64,000 nt of DNA, taken from positions 25,155 to 89,154 of the forward strand of contig JBBSCG010000001.1 of NCBI GenBank assembly GCA_038250515.1. The letters are read 5' to 3'. Below, piece after piece: positions 8,848 to 19,335 of the stretch; positions within the stretch are counted from its first letter, which is position 1, and every line of letters starts with the position of its first letter. The position numbers and the translations under genes are program-made. The stretch comes from Candidatus Limnocylindria bacterium (GTDB taxonomy: Bacteria > Chloroflexota > Limnocylindria > QHBO01). Under the pieces are notes generated by a model, which made no database searches, was not told where the DNA came from, and was given only the letters and a program-made list of their open reading frames with translations.

Positions 8848-9777
8848 CTACCAGACCACACGCGCGGTATGCCACGCGTTCAGCTTCCACATCTTCAGAC
8901 TCGAATCGATGTATGACCCGGTGCCACCCCCCTGTCGGTCCGACGAATCGTTGTAGTAGACCTTCGCGTTGTCCGTACCGTCCCAGCGCCCGTTGTAGCC
9001 CCGGATCGCGAGCCAATGCATCACCGTCACACCCGCTGGGATTGGCTTCCAACTGGTAAGCCGGAGTGACGAGCTCGTCATCTTTACCGGTGTCCCGAAG
9101 GCCATGTGCCACTGCTGCGTGTCCGTCACGATCTTCGAGTGCCATGCGGCGCCCGTGCCAGTCGGGACGACGGCGTAGATGAAGTTGGATGGCAGCCGGC
9201 CAAGCTCATTCAGGCCATTCTTGAGCATGTAGGCGTTGGTCGAGCCGATGGTGTTCGTGTTCTCCCATCGCGCGGCGGCATCGTTGTACCAGAGCAGCCG
9301 TGTTCCGATGGCGCTCTGCTTCCTGTAGTTGGTGCCGGCACTCTCGCCGTCGATGGTGCTGCTGTAGAAGTCGCGCGACCGATTGATGATCACCTGGGCG
9401 GTCGCCGGCCCGCAGTAGTAGCCGTTGTTCTGGCGGCGCGCATAGGTCAGCAGGCTGTAGCTGGTGGGTGCGCAAGCGGTGGTCGACGTCGTCGTGTCCG
9501 CGCCATCGGCTGGCGATGCCGTCTGACAGAACGCTGACGGGCTGACGCTGTCGGAAGACTTTGCGCTGGACGTGGCCTCGATGCCCTCAGCCATGGCCAG
9601 CCTTTGATCGATGCTCTGCTGCTCCTCGGCGGTGGGCGGGATCCAGGGCTCGTCGGCCGGTGGACCGCCGCCGATAACCTTCGGGCCGGTGCTCGGTTTG
9701 CCTGCGGCGGCTGGACTGACGACGGAGACGGCCGTGAGCGCGGCCAGCAGCATCGCAAGCATGCCTCGGTGAACCAT
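8848..9777 (-). CDS. Secreted papain-fold (peptidase C39-like) cysteine peptidase candidate
   Basis: Signal peptide MVHRGMLAMLLAALTAVSVVSPAAAG. The Cys motif QNNGYYCGPATAQVIIN and the downstream His in VTVMHWLAIRGYNG resemble the C39/papain-like catalytic dyad. Confidence 0.4.
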   Translation of the reverse strand: MVHRGMLAMLLAALTAVSVVSPAAAGKPSTGPKVIGGGPPADEPWIPPTAEEQQSIDQRLAMAEGIEATSSAKSSDSVSPSAFCQTASPADGADTTTSTTACAPTSYSLLTYARRQNNGYYCGPATAQVIINRSRDFYSSTIDGESAGTNYRKQSAIGTRLLWYNDAAARWENTNTIGSTNAYMLKNGLNELGRLPSNFIYAVVPTGTGAAWHSKIVTDTQQWHMAFGTPVKMTSSSLRLTSWKPIPAGVTVMHWLAIRGYNGRWDGTDNAKVYYNDSSDRQGGGTGSYIDSSLKMWKLNAWHTARVVW

Positions 9778-10003
9778 GAGTGTGTTCCTCCCCTGTGACT
9801 GCCGGCGCCTTGATTGGCGTGCCGCCGATGCTAGTCAAGGGGCCTTACCAGCCAATTGCGCCGCCGCTTACCGGGCGAAGCGAGCACCCGAACGACAGCG
9901 GGTCATCGCTTATCAGCGGGAGGTCCGGCGCAGCTGGGCGGAGGAGCATGGGGCAGAGCCTAGCGACGCTCGCTTACCAGGCGCTTACTGCCGAGGCGCG
10001 TCG

Positions 10004-11158
10004 CTACGTGCGCGTGATATCGCCGGCAGCCACAGCGCGGTCACGGATCTCTCGATAGAAGTCGACGATGCGCTCGGTGACGCGATCCCACGAGTATTCG
10101 GGCGCCCGTTCGCGTCCCGCATCGCCCATGCGCTGGCGCAGATCGGCATCATTGGCCAGGGTGTAGAGCGCCGCGGCCAGTGCGCGTGGGTTGCGCGGCT
10201 CGACCAGCAGGCCCTGCACCCCGCGCTGCACGACCTGCTTGTAGCCATGGATATCGGAGGCGACGATCGGCACGCCGGCCGCCATCGCTTCGAGCAGCAC
10301 CACGCCAAAGCTCTCCTGTCCGGTGGCTGGCGCGCTGAAGATGTCGGCGGAGGCGAAGTAGCGTGCCTTCTCTTCATCAGTCACCCAGCCGAGGAACTCG
10401 ACGTCGCGGATGCCTCGCAGCCCGATATAGCGGCGATACTCGCGGAGCTTGGCGCCGGTGCCCACGATGAGCAGCCGAGCATCGACATGACGCTTGCGCA
10501 GACGGTGGTACGCCTTGAGCAGGTGGATCAGCCCCTTCCGCTCCTCGAAGCGGCCGACGAACAGGATGTTGAGCGTTCCGTCACGCAGCGCTTCGTAGGG
10601 CTGGGCATGGGCGAATCGGTCCAGATCGACGCCATTGGGGATGATGCGGTAGTCGCCGGGAAAGTAACGGCTGATGAAGTGCCGCGCCGCGCCGCTCACG
10701 GCGATGCGGCCGTGCAGCCGGCTGGCGAGCCCGCCTGCAAAGCGCCGGCCGACCCAGTACGACGGGCTGAAGCCGCCGAAGGCATGAAACGTCGCAATGT
10801 TGACTGTGCGAGAGGCCTCGAGCACCGTCGGCGACAGGAATGGCACGAACGGCTCATGGAAGTGCAGGATGTCGAACCGATGCTCGTCGAGCACCTCGCG
10901 GGCCTGCTGCTTGAAGCGCCAGCCGAGCGTCACCCGACCGACGCTGCCGTTGGTCGGGAAGGCCCATCCGGTCCCCAGGCGCAGGATGTGGCCTTCGTCC
11001 TCGCGTTCCTTGCCGTACTTGCTGGTGATGATCCAGGCGTCGTGGCCAAGCCGTCGCATGGCGTCGTAGGTGAAGCGAACGTGCTCGTTGACCCCGCCGG
11101 GATGCGGGTAGCCGTACGGGCTGACGATCCCGATTTTCAGCGGCTCACGCTCGGTCAT
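10004..11158 (-). CDS. pimA: GT4 glycosyltransferase, phosphatidylinositol mannosyltransferase PimA-like
   Basis: LKIGIVSPYGYPHPGGVNEHV...FHEPF...GRIAVSGAARHF...ESFGVVLLEAMAAGVPIVASD aligns along its full length with mycobacterial PimA. The start is at ATG 11158 (M58 of the ORF), which overlaps the PHP gene stop as ATGA. Confidence 0.75.
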   Translation of the reverse strand: MTEREPLKIGIVSPYGYPHPGGVNEHVRFTYDAMRRLGHDAWIITSKYGKEREDEGHILRLGTGWAFPTNGSVGRVTLGWRFKQQAREVLDEHRFDILHFHEPFVPFLSPTVLEASRTVNIATFHAFGGFSPSYWVGRRFAGGLASRLHGRIAVSGAARHFISRYFPGDYRIIPNGVDLDRFAHAQPYEALRDGTLNILFVGRFEERKGLIHLLKAYHRLRKRHVDARLLIVGTGAKLREYRRYIGLRGIRDVEFLGWVTDEEKARYFASADIFSAPATGQESFGVVLLEAMAAGVPIVASDIHGYKQVVQRGVQGLLVEPRNPRALAAALYTLANDADLRQRMGDAGRERAPEYSWDRVTERIVDFYREIRDRAVAAGDITRT

Positions 11159-11928
11159 CGCCACTCTCCTGTGGGCCGCAGAGTATGGCGCACATGGCGT
11201 GCCTTGGCCGCAAGCTGCCGACGGTACACGGACAGGTTGTGGCCGTGGCTCCAGAACGCTCCGGCGGCCTCTGTCCGGGACTCGGCCACGGCGTTCCGGT
11301 AGGCAGCCGCGTCGGCATCGGCGTACCACGTCCAGGCGGTTCCGACTCCTTCGAGAACGTGCGCATCCGAGTTGCCGACGCCCGGCAGCCGCAGCAGCTC
11401 CTCGTTGAGTCGCAGTCGCGCGCGGGCGCGCAGCCGGCCGGCGGTGCTGGGGTTGAACAGCTCGATCGCGTCGAGGTGGTGCGCGGGATCATCATCGGCC
11501 TGCAGGTCGCGCAGGGTTCGCTCGCCGATGCTCGGGATGAGCGTGGCCATGGGATGCGCGGCGATGGCGATGCCGCCCTGCGCGTGCACGCGCTCCAGCG
11601 TCTCGGTGAGCGGCCGCAGCGCAGGGATGCGCTCGGTGAGGAACAGGGCCAGAAGGTGGCCGCGTCGCGTGGTGATCTCCTCGCCGACCACCAGGTCGAA
11701 GCTGTAGCCTCCCGCGGTGTGCAGCTCGGCCGCGCGCTGCGCCCCGTCGATGCGCTCGTGATCGGTGATGGCGATGAGGTCGAGATCGGTCCGCAGCTCG
11801 ACCCAGTCGAGGAGTGCTCCGATGGTCGCGGTGCCGTCGGAGTAGAGCGTGTGCAGGTGCATGTCGGCCTTGCCCCGCGGACCGCCGTTGCGCGGCGGAC
11901 GGCCCGTCGCGGCCGATGCCGCGTTCAT
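11155..11928 (-). CDS. PHP-domain metal-dependent phosphoesterase
   Basis: MHLHTLYSDGTATIGALLDWV...IAITDHERIDGAQRA...AIAAHPMA matches the PHP His motifs. The start is taken at M15 (11928), which gives an ATGA overlap with the upstream acyltransferase stop. Confidence 0.6.
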   Translation of the reverse strand: MNAASAATGRPPRNGGPRGKADMHLHTLYSDGTATIGALLDWVELRTDLDLIAITDHERIDGAQRAAELHTAGGYSFDLVVGEEITTRRGHLLALFLTERIPALRPLTETLERVHAQGGIAIAAHPMATLIPSIGERTLRDLQADDDPAHHLDAIELFNPSTAGRLRARARLRLNEELLRLPGVGNSDAHVLEGVGTAWTWYADADAAAYRNAVAESRTEAAGAFWSHGHNLSVYRRQLAAKARHVRHTLRPTGEWR

Positions 11929-12815
11929 CCGTCGGCCTCCGGCCAGAAGCGTTGGAATGCGCCGAACCACTGCTCGGGTGCGGTCGCGATGTCCGACTCC
12001 ATCCGCGCCGCGATCCGGCGTGTCAGCGCCTCGATGTCGGCGTGTCGATCACCGGTCGGGGTCCACTCCAGCTGATGGGCACGGACCTCGAAGCGTTCTG
12101 GCCCGATGCGCAGACTGCGGCCTACGATCACCGCGGCACCGGTCAGCACGGCCAGCGTGGCCGGACCCTGGGGCATGGTGACCCGATGTCCGAAGAACTC
12201 GACCGGCAGCCCATCGCCGGACAGGTCACGCTCCGCGACCAGGCCGACCACTCCCCCGCGGCGCAGCGCGTCGATCATCGGGCGGCGGGCCCGCGACAGG
12301 GGCACGACGTCGACCCCGCGGCTGCTGCCGCGTCGCGCCCGGAGGAACTCGAACAGCACGGCCGGCTTGATCTCCTCGACCGGGGCCACAGCGCGGAAGC
12401 CATGCGCCGCGAGATACGCACCGAACGGCTCGAAGTTGCCGAGATGGGCACTGACCAGCACGGTCGGGCCGGCGCGCAGGATCGCTTCGAACGTCGCCCA
12501 ACCAGGAACGGTCACGATCTCGCCCACCCGTTCGAGCGGGTAGTGTGGGCCGCGCAGCAGCTCGAGGTAGTAGCGGGCGTGGGCCACAAATGCGGCGCGG
12601 ACCAGGCGTCGCAGCGAGGATCCCGACGTGGGAGGGCCGCTTGCCGCGCAGACGCGGGTGAGGTTCGCGGCAACCAGGGCGCGCCGCTGCGGAGCGAATC
12701 GATACCACAGCCGGCCGGCCAGGTCGGCAATGGCGTACGCCACGCTGCGCGGCAGCCGGGCCATTACGAGGTCAGCGATGTTCAGCGCCGTCCGCAGCGG
12801 GACCTCGGAAAGCAT
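11925..12815 (-). CDS. HtrB/LpxL-family lipid acyltransferase (PIM acyltransferase PatA-like), copy 1
   Basis: LPRSVAYAIADLAGRLWYRFAPQRRALVAANL...GPTVLVSAHLGNFE fits the LPLAT / lauroyl acyltransferase family. It sits in the operon between pimA and pgsA as patA does in mycobacteria. Confidence 0.65.
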   Translation of the reverse strand: MLSEVPLRTALNIADLVMARLPRSVAYAIADLAGRLWYRFAPQRRALVAANLTRVCAASGPPTSGSSLRRLVRAAFVAHARYYLELLRGPHYPLERVGEIVTVPGWATFEAILRAGPTVLVSAHLGNFEPFGAYLAAHGFRAVAPVEEIKPAVLFEFLRARRGSSRGVDVVPLSRARRPMIDALRRGGVVGLVAERDLSGDGLPVEFFGHRVTMPQGPATLAVLTGAAVIVGRSLRIGPERFEVRAHQLEWTPTGDRHADIEALTRRIAARMESDIATAPEQWFGAFQRFWPEADG

Positions 12816-12821
12816 CGGCGC

Positions 12822-13784
12822 CTACAGCCTGGACCAGTCGTCACCGCGTCGAGCGACCTCGAGGGCCGCCCGCGCCTCGGCGCGATCGGAATCGGTCTGT
12901 GGCCAGACGGGTCGGAACATGTACCACTGCCCTGGATCCGCGGCGATGACCCCGCCGAGCGCATCCGCCAACGCCTGGGTCGCCTGGTACAGGTCAGACG
13001 GGGAGACGCTTGCCGCGCGAATCAAGGGCAGGCCACGAGCCACGAACAGATCCGACGGCGTGCGGCGGCAGTCGACGGGGAGCATCGGCGTCGACGTGCG
13101 CGCCGAGAGGCTGGCCGGACCGAGCGGAAACGTGGTCGCCTCGCCGAGGAACTCGACCGGTACGTCGCCGCGGCGATAACCGCCGTCGCAGAAGAGGACC
13201 AGGTTCTCGCCGTCGCGGAGCACGCGGAAGAGCCTGCGCAGGTTGCGCCAGCCGATCAGGAAGAGGCCGTGGCGGGCACGCACCGCTTTGAGGTGAGCGT
13301 ACAGGCGGCCGTAGGTGGTGTCATCGGCGACCACGTGCAGCTTCTCGCCGACGCTGCTGAGGGCGGGGGCGATGAGATCCATGCCGCCCACGTGGACGGT
13401 GCAGATCAGGATGCCGCCGCCCTGCGCGCGGGCCTCGGCCAGGCATTCGACGTTCTCGATGCTGACCAGGCCGGCGACCTGAGCCTGGGTCATCCCGGCC
13501 ATCCGCATCATGTCGACGAGATACTTGGCGTAGTTGCGGAACGCGTGCCGCGCGGCTCGACGGACCCGGCGGTCGCCGAGCGGACGGCTGACGGCGTGGC
13601 CCAGGTTCTCATGCAGCAGCGCACGCTTCGAGCCTGCGAGGTCGTAGGCAACGTTGCCCGCGGCACTGGCCATCGCCAGCAGCGCCCGCCGCGGCAGGAC
13701 GTCGAGCACCTTCTCGCCAGCGCGATACGCCCAGTAGGTGAGCAGCTCGCGCCTGCGTTCCTCGTCGTGGTTGGCAGATGACAA
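12822..13784 (-). CDS. HtrB/LpxL-family lipid acyltransferase (PatA-like), copy 2
   Basis: A paralog of the gene above: RRALLAMASAAGNVAYDLAGSKRALLHENLGHA...GGILICTVHVGGMD. Confidence 0.65.
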   Translation of the reverse strand: MSSANHDEERRRELLTYWAYRAGEKVLDVLPRRALLAMASAAGNVAYDLAGSKRALLHENLGHAVSRPLGDRRVRRAARHAFRNYAKYLVDMMRMAGMTQAQVAGLVSIENVECLAEARAQGGGILICTVHVGGMDLIAPALSSVGEKLHVVADDTTYGRLYAHLKAVRARHGLFLIGWRNLRRLFRVLRDGENLVLFCDGGYRRGDVPVEFLGEATTFPLGPASLSARTSTPMLPVDCRRTPSDLFVARGLPLIRAASVSPSDLYQATQALADALGGVIAADPGQWYMFRPVWPQTDSDRAEARAALEVARRGDDWSRL

Positions 13785-13796
13785 GACGAGGCGCGC

Positions 13797-15056
<1,260 letters not shown>

Positions 15057-15057
15057 G

Positions 15058-15705
15058 CTATCGGTTCTCCTTCGAGTGCTCTTCCGCGCTGACCGATGCC
15101 GCCACTCGCCCCTCGGCGAGCTTCCACACGTGCCAGATTCGCTGGATCACGGTCGCGACCGTCAGAACGGCGATGATGATGATGGCGCCGACGAGACCCA
15201 GGTCGAAGCCCAGTCCTGCGAGCGCGATGCCAGCCACGATCAGCACGATGCGCTCGGTCCGCGGAGCGAGCCCCATCGCGGCGGCGAGCCCGATTCCCTC
15301 GGCCCGTGCTCGAGAGTAGCTGACGATGAACGAGCCGCTGAGCGCCACGAGGATGGCGAGCACCGGTAGCGCAGGGTCATCGCTGAAGCGCAGGTAGTAG
15401 CCGGCGATGCCGGTGAACAGGATCGCCTCGCCGGCGCGATCGAGCGTCGAGTCGAGGAAGCTGCCGAAGGCCGTGCCGCCTCCGCTTGCCCGCGCAAGGG
15501 CGCCATCCACGGCGTCCAGCAGCGAACCCGCTGTCACGATGATCGCCCCCACCAGCAGTTGGCCGCTGGCCACGACGATCGCCGCCACGCTCACGATCAG
15601 CAGCCCGATGACGGTGATCGTGTTCGGCGTGAGATGGAGTGCCAGCGCCAGGCGCACGACCGGCGCAAGCACGGCTCGTCCCGCTTCCTTGACCCAGCCC
15701 GGCAT
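15058..15705 (-). CDS. pgsA: CDP-alcohol phosphatidyltransferase, phosphatidylinositol phosphate synthase (PgsA1-like)
   Basis: The family motif [30 protein letters not shown] is present. [13 protein letters not shown] aligns with PgsA1 GLTPDVVTILG. The start is taken at M29 (15705). Confidence 0.75.
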   Translation of the reverse strand: MPGWVKEAGRAVLAPVVRLALALHLTPNTITVIGLLIVSVAAIVVASGQLLVGAIIVTAGSLLDAVDGALARASGGGTAFGSFLDSTLDRAGEAILFTGIAGYYLRFSDDPALPVLAILVALSGSFIVSYSRARAEGIGLAAAMGLAPRTERIVLIVAGIALAGLGFDLGLVGAIIIIAVLTVATVIQRIWHVWKLAEGRVAASVSAEEHSKENR

Positions 15706-15745
15706 GAGCGAGTCGCCGCGCGCGAGATCGTGTGTCCGCGAGCCG

Positions 15746-16105
15746 CTAGCTGACATTCGGCAGCTCTTCTCCGCTTCGACGGGCGACATTGACGCCGGAG
15801 GTTCCGGCGATCAGGCGTGCCTCCGTCTCATGCAGCTCCTCGAACGCTGCAGTACGCAGCTTGCAGATGACCACGCGACCCTGGCGGCGCGTCTCGATCA
15901 CACCGGCAAGACGCATGATGCGCAGATGCCAGCTGATCAGCGGCTGCGACAGCCCCACGCGCGAGGCGAGCTCGTTCACCGGCATGGGGCCGAACTCGGC
16001 CAGGACACCGATGATCCGCAGGCGGCTCTCGTCGCCGAGCGCCCGGTAGAGCGACCGCAGGCGACGCAAATCGCGCTCGCCGCCGGTCTCGTTGAGCAGG
16101 GTCAT
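15746..16105 (-). CDS. ArsR/SmtB-family transcriptional regulator
   Basis: wHTH LYRALGDESRLRIIGVLAEFGPMPVNELASRVGLSQPLISWHLRIMRLAGVI. The ATG at 16105 is preferred over the upstream TTG at 16180. It heads the PI/PIM operon and is divergent from the ABC-like gene. Confidence 0.7.
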   Translation of the reverse strand: MTLLNETGGERDLRRLRSLYRALGDESRLRIIGVLAEFGPMPVNELASRVGLSQPLISWHLRIMRLAGVIETRRQGRVVICKLRTAAFEELHETEARLIAGTSGVNVARRSGEELPNVS

Positions 16106-16232
16106 TCGTAGTGCTTCTTTATCAAATGGGGGCTTATGTAAGCGGGCGCTTATGGTATCTGCCACGGCGGGGATCGTCAAGACGTCGTGCTAGACTCGGG
16201 CCGGTCACCTTCCGACGCCAGGAGATTGCCGT

Positions 16233-17012
16233 GTGACAACCTCGACGCCGGATGCCCTGTGGGCCTCCCGCTCGGTCCGCCTCCTGCGTCCCGTCGCGGT
16301 CCTGTGCGAGGGCGTGCGCCGATCGGCTGGCGGAGTGCATCTCCTGGCTGGTGTGGATCTGGCCGTGCCCGTCGGAGCGCGCGTACTCATTGTCTCGCGG
16401 CCCGAGTCCTCGGCCGCGCTGCTGCTACGCATCCTTTCCGGCATCGCTCGGGCCGATGCAGGCCGTATCCTGCTGGCGGGCTTGAGCCAGGCTGACGCCG
16501 GGCCGACCGGCTGGGCGCGTCGCGTCGGGTATGTCGGTCCCGACGCCGCGATTCATGCCTGGCTTTCGCCGCGAGAGGCGCTGCATCTGGCGGGAAGGCT
16601 GGGCGAGCTTTCGGGTATGGTGTTGGCCGAGCGCGTCGAGGCGTCACTCGAACGCTACGGATTGGCCGATATCGCCGACCAGCCGATGCGCCGCGGCCGC
16701 CCGGCTGCCACGCAGCGCGTGGCCCTCGCCGCGGCCATGCTCCTCGATCCGGAGGTGCTGCTGCTAGATGAGCCGCTGCGCGCGCTTGATGCCCAGGAAC
16801 GCGCTCGTCAGCTGCGTTTCACCGGCCGCCGACGAACGGTGCTGCTGGCGAGCCGCTATCCGTCCAGCGCGGCGGGTCTCGTCAACCGCATCGTCTTCCT
16901 GCGCGACGGTCGCGTTCGGCTCAATGCTTCGCCGGCTGATCTCGAGCGTAACGGCCTGTCGCTCTCGATGAGTGGGATCGAGGCGCTGGCGGGGATGTCG
17001 GCGGCCGGGTGA
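16233..17012 (+). CDS. ABC-ATPase-fold protein with degenerate catalytic motifs
   Basis: Walker B LLLLDEP and the D-loop are kept. The Walker A position reads SRPESSAALLLRI, with no GKS/T. The signature position reads MRRGRPAATQR, with no LSGGQ. The H-loop position reads LLASRYP, with no His. GTG start with AGGAG RBS. Confidence 0.5.
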   Translation: MTTSTPDALWASRSVRLLRPVAVLCEGVRRSAGGVHLLAGVDLAVPVGARVLIVSRPESSAALLLRILSGIARADAGRILLAGLSQADAGPTGWARRVGYVGPDAAIHAWLSPREALHLAGRLGELSGMVLAERVEASLERYGLADIADQPMRRGRPAATQRVALAAAMLLDPEVLLLDEPLRALDAQERARQLRFTGRRRTVLLASRYPSSAAGLVNRIVFLRDGRVRLNASPADLERNGLSLSMSGIEALAGMSAAG

Positions 17013-17716
17013 CGCGCTTCATGACGCTCGTCGGCCTCGACCTGCGCGAGCTGTGGATGAGCTTCCGGCTGCTGCTCGTCGTCGGCGCGCTGGTTGCCGG
17101 CGGTCTGGCGGCCGTGCTGTTCTCGATGCTCGTGCCGCGCGTCGGTTCGGCGAGTGTCGCGTATTCGGTCTCGCTGGCCGTGGCGTCGATCGTCGCCGCG
17201 GCCGTGGCGGCGTACAGCGTGGCGTCGGAGCGGTGGAACGGCAGCAGCGCGTGGCTGGTGGTGCGTGCCGTATCTCGCGGCTCGCTGCTGGTGGCGTGGC
17301 TGGCTGCCTTCGTCCCACCGGTGCTGGTCGGGCTCAGCCTTTCAGCGCTGGTCGCCTGGGTGGCGATCGTGACCGAGCCGGCGTTCACGTCAACCGCGCC
17401 CGTCTTCGTGGTGGCCGTCGCCGCGGCCGGCGTCGGGGCATTCGTCGCGATCAGCCTCGGCGCCCTGTTCGGCATCCTGCTGACGCCGCGCTTTGCCGCG
17501 TGGCTGGCCGGGTTGCTGTCATCTGCCGCAGCCGTAGCCACCCTGCTGGCGCCGGCAGGCACGCCGCTGCCAACCGGCGGCTTCCTCGTGCTCGCCGACG
17601 TCGCCGCCGGTGGCCGTCCGGTTTCATTCGCGCTCCAGTCGATCGGACTTGGTCTGGTCGCCATCGCGCTGCTTGTCGGCGCCGCGGCCACCTTCCTGCA
17701 ACGCGCCGATCTGTGA
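17009..17716 (+). CDS. Polytopic membrane protein, likely permease partner of the degenerate ABC protein
   Basis: About 6 hydrophobic helices. The start overlaps the upstream stop (ATGA). Confidence 0.45.
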   Translation: MTRFMTLVGLDLRELWMSFRLLLVVGALVAGGLAAVLFSMLVPRVGSASVAYSVSLAVASIVAAAVAAYSVASERWNGSSAWLVVRAVSRGSLLVAWLAAFVPPVLVGLSLSALVAWVAIVTEPAFTSTAPVFVVAVAAAGVGAFVAISLGALFGILLTPRFAAWLAGLLSSAAAVATLLAPAGTPLPTGGFLVLADVAAGGRPVSFALQSIGLGLVAIALLVGAAATFLQRADL

Positions 17717-17736
17717 CGACGCCGGCAAGCGTGCGG

Positions 17737-19335
17737 ATGCATCCGCTGGCCGCGTGGGGGGTGCTGATCACCGCTTCGCTCGGCGTGCTGGTGGCGGGCG
17801 CCGAGCTGATGGTGGTCGCCATCGCGCTGCCGGCGATCGTGGTGGACTTCGGAGGCTGGGGAGATCTCGCCCGAGCGAGCTGGATCGTGAATGCGTACCT
17901 GCTCGCATTCCTGGTGGCCATGCCGCTGGCGGGCCGGGCGGCGGACCTGTGGGGCGCGCGGCGGCTGTACGTCGCCGCGCTGTTGCTGTTCAGCGTTGGC
18001 AGTCTGGCTGCCGGCCTCGCACCGTATGCCGGGGCGGAGCGCGGCCTCGACGCGCTGATCGCCGCGCGCGTCGTGCAGGGCTTTGGCGGCGGCGCCCTGG
18101 TGCCGCTTTCGATGAGCCTGGCCAGCCACCTGTTCGCCGGCCGCACGCGTGCCGCAGCACTGGGCGTGGAGGGCGCCGCCACGTTCGTGGGCATGGCGAT
18201 CGGGCCGGTCTACGGCGCCTGGGTACTGCTCAACGTCCACCTGCCGATCCCCGGCCTGGCGATCGCGCCGTGGCAGTGGATCTTCTTCCTGAACGTCCCG
18301 ATCGGCATCATCACCATGCTGCTCATCTATGTCGTCGCCGGTGGAGTCGAGACGCCGCGGCTGCGTGCGCGGATCGATCTGCCGGGCGCGCTGCTGTTGT
18401 CGCTGGGGTTGGTCGCGGGCGTCGGCGCGGTGACCCTCGCCGGCGAGCGTGGTTGGACGGATCCGTTGATCATCGCCGGATTCGGCGCGGCGGCCGCCTT
18501 GCTCATCTCCTTCCTCGCCGTCGAGCTGCGCCTGCGCTCCCCACTCATCAATCCGCGCCTCTTCACCGATCGCAACTTCTCGGCGGCCAACGCGGTGAGC
18601 CTGCTGACCGGCTACACCCTGGCGACCGCCATCATCGGCGGACCGGTCTTCGTCAATCGTGTCCTCAACGGCCCGGCCGAGCAGTCGGCGGTGGCGCTCA
18701 CCGCTCTGACCCTGGCGATCGCCGTCGGGGCGGTCGTCGGCGGGGGCACGTCGGCGCTGCTCGGCGAACGAATGACGACGGTGGCAGGCGTGCTGGTCAG
18801 CATCGGCGGGCTGTGGCTGGCCCTCGGCTGGGGAACCGATACTGACCTGCCGCGACTCATGCGCGACCTGGCCGTCTTCGGCGCCGGCTTCGGGCTGACC
18901 GTCTCGCCACGGGCCACGGCCGCGGTGGAGGCCGCCGGAGCATCGGCCTATGGCGTTGCCTCCGCGATGCTGCAGATCACGCGCACGCTGGGCATGAGCC
19001 TGGGGCTGGCGCTGCTGACGAGCATCGGTCAGAACCGGATCGACGAGCTCACCGCGCTGATCAACGATCCTCCGCGACGCGACGCCCTGGTCACAAGCCT
19101 GGGACATGCGGAGTTCGTGGGCGTCGATCCGCGGGCCAGCCTGGCGTTGGTCGATCTGCTGGAGGCGTGGTCGCGACAGCAGGCCGCGGAGGTGCTGCAC
19201 CTCGTCTTTCTGATCGCGCTTGGCGTCGCCGGCCTGACGCTGCTGCCGGCGCTGCTGGTGGGCCGCAGCGAACGACGGGCGCAGCCCGCATCCGTCTCCG
19301 AAGCACGCACGGTGGGCGGGGGCGAGGCCGCCTAG
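17737..19335 (+). CDS. MFS transporter, DHA2 (14-TMS, EmrB/QacA-like)
   Basis: MHPLAAWGVLITASLGVLVAGAELMVVAIALPAIVVDFGG...GRAADLWGARRLY...QGFGGGALVPL. The true start is the internal ATG 17737 of the long 16972 ORF. Confidence 0.8.
   Translation: MHPLAAWGVLITASLGVLVAGAELMVVAIALPAIVVDFGGWGDLARASWIVNAYLLAFLVAMPLAGRAADLWGARRLYVAALLLFSVGSLAAGLAPYAGAERGLDALIAARVVQGFGGGALVPLSMSLASHLFAGRTRAAALGVEGAATFVGMAIGPVYGAWVLLNVHLPIPGLAIAPWQWIFFLNVPIGIITMLLIYVVAGGVETPRLRARIDLPGALLLSLGLVAGVGAVTLAGERGWTDPLIIAGFGAAAALLISFLAVELRLRSPLINPRLFTDRNFSAANAVSLLTGYTLATAIIGGPVFVNRVLNGPAEQSAVALTALTLAIAVGAVVGGGTSALLGERMTTVAGVLVSIGGLWLALGWGTDTDLPRLMRDLAVFGAGFGLTVSPRATAAVEAAGASAYGVASAMLQITRTLGMSLGLALLTSIGQNRIDELTALINDPPRRDALVTSLGHAEFVGVDPRASLALVDLLEAWSRQQAAEVLHLVFLIALGVAGLTLLPALLVGRSERRAQPASVSEARTVGGGEAA

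Noticed and set aside
9776-11302. 508-aa plus-strand ORF
   Set aside because: It lies antisense to the well-supported pimA GT4 gene and has Ala/Arg/Gly-rich composition. This is the typical spurious open frame on the opposite strand of a high-GC gene.
11814-13781. 655-aa plus-strand ORF
   Set aside because: It is antisense to the two acyltransferase genes and has no coherent domains.
16921-19200. 759-aa minus-strand ORF
   Set aside because: It is antisense to the MFS transporter and the membrane protein. The sequence is low-complexity and Arg/Ala/Gly/Asp-rich with no motifs.
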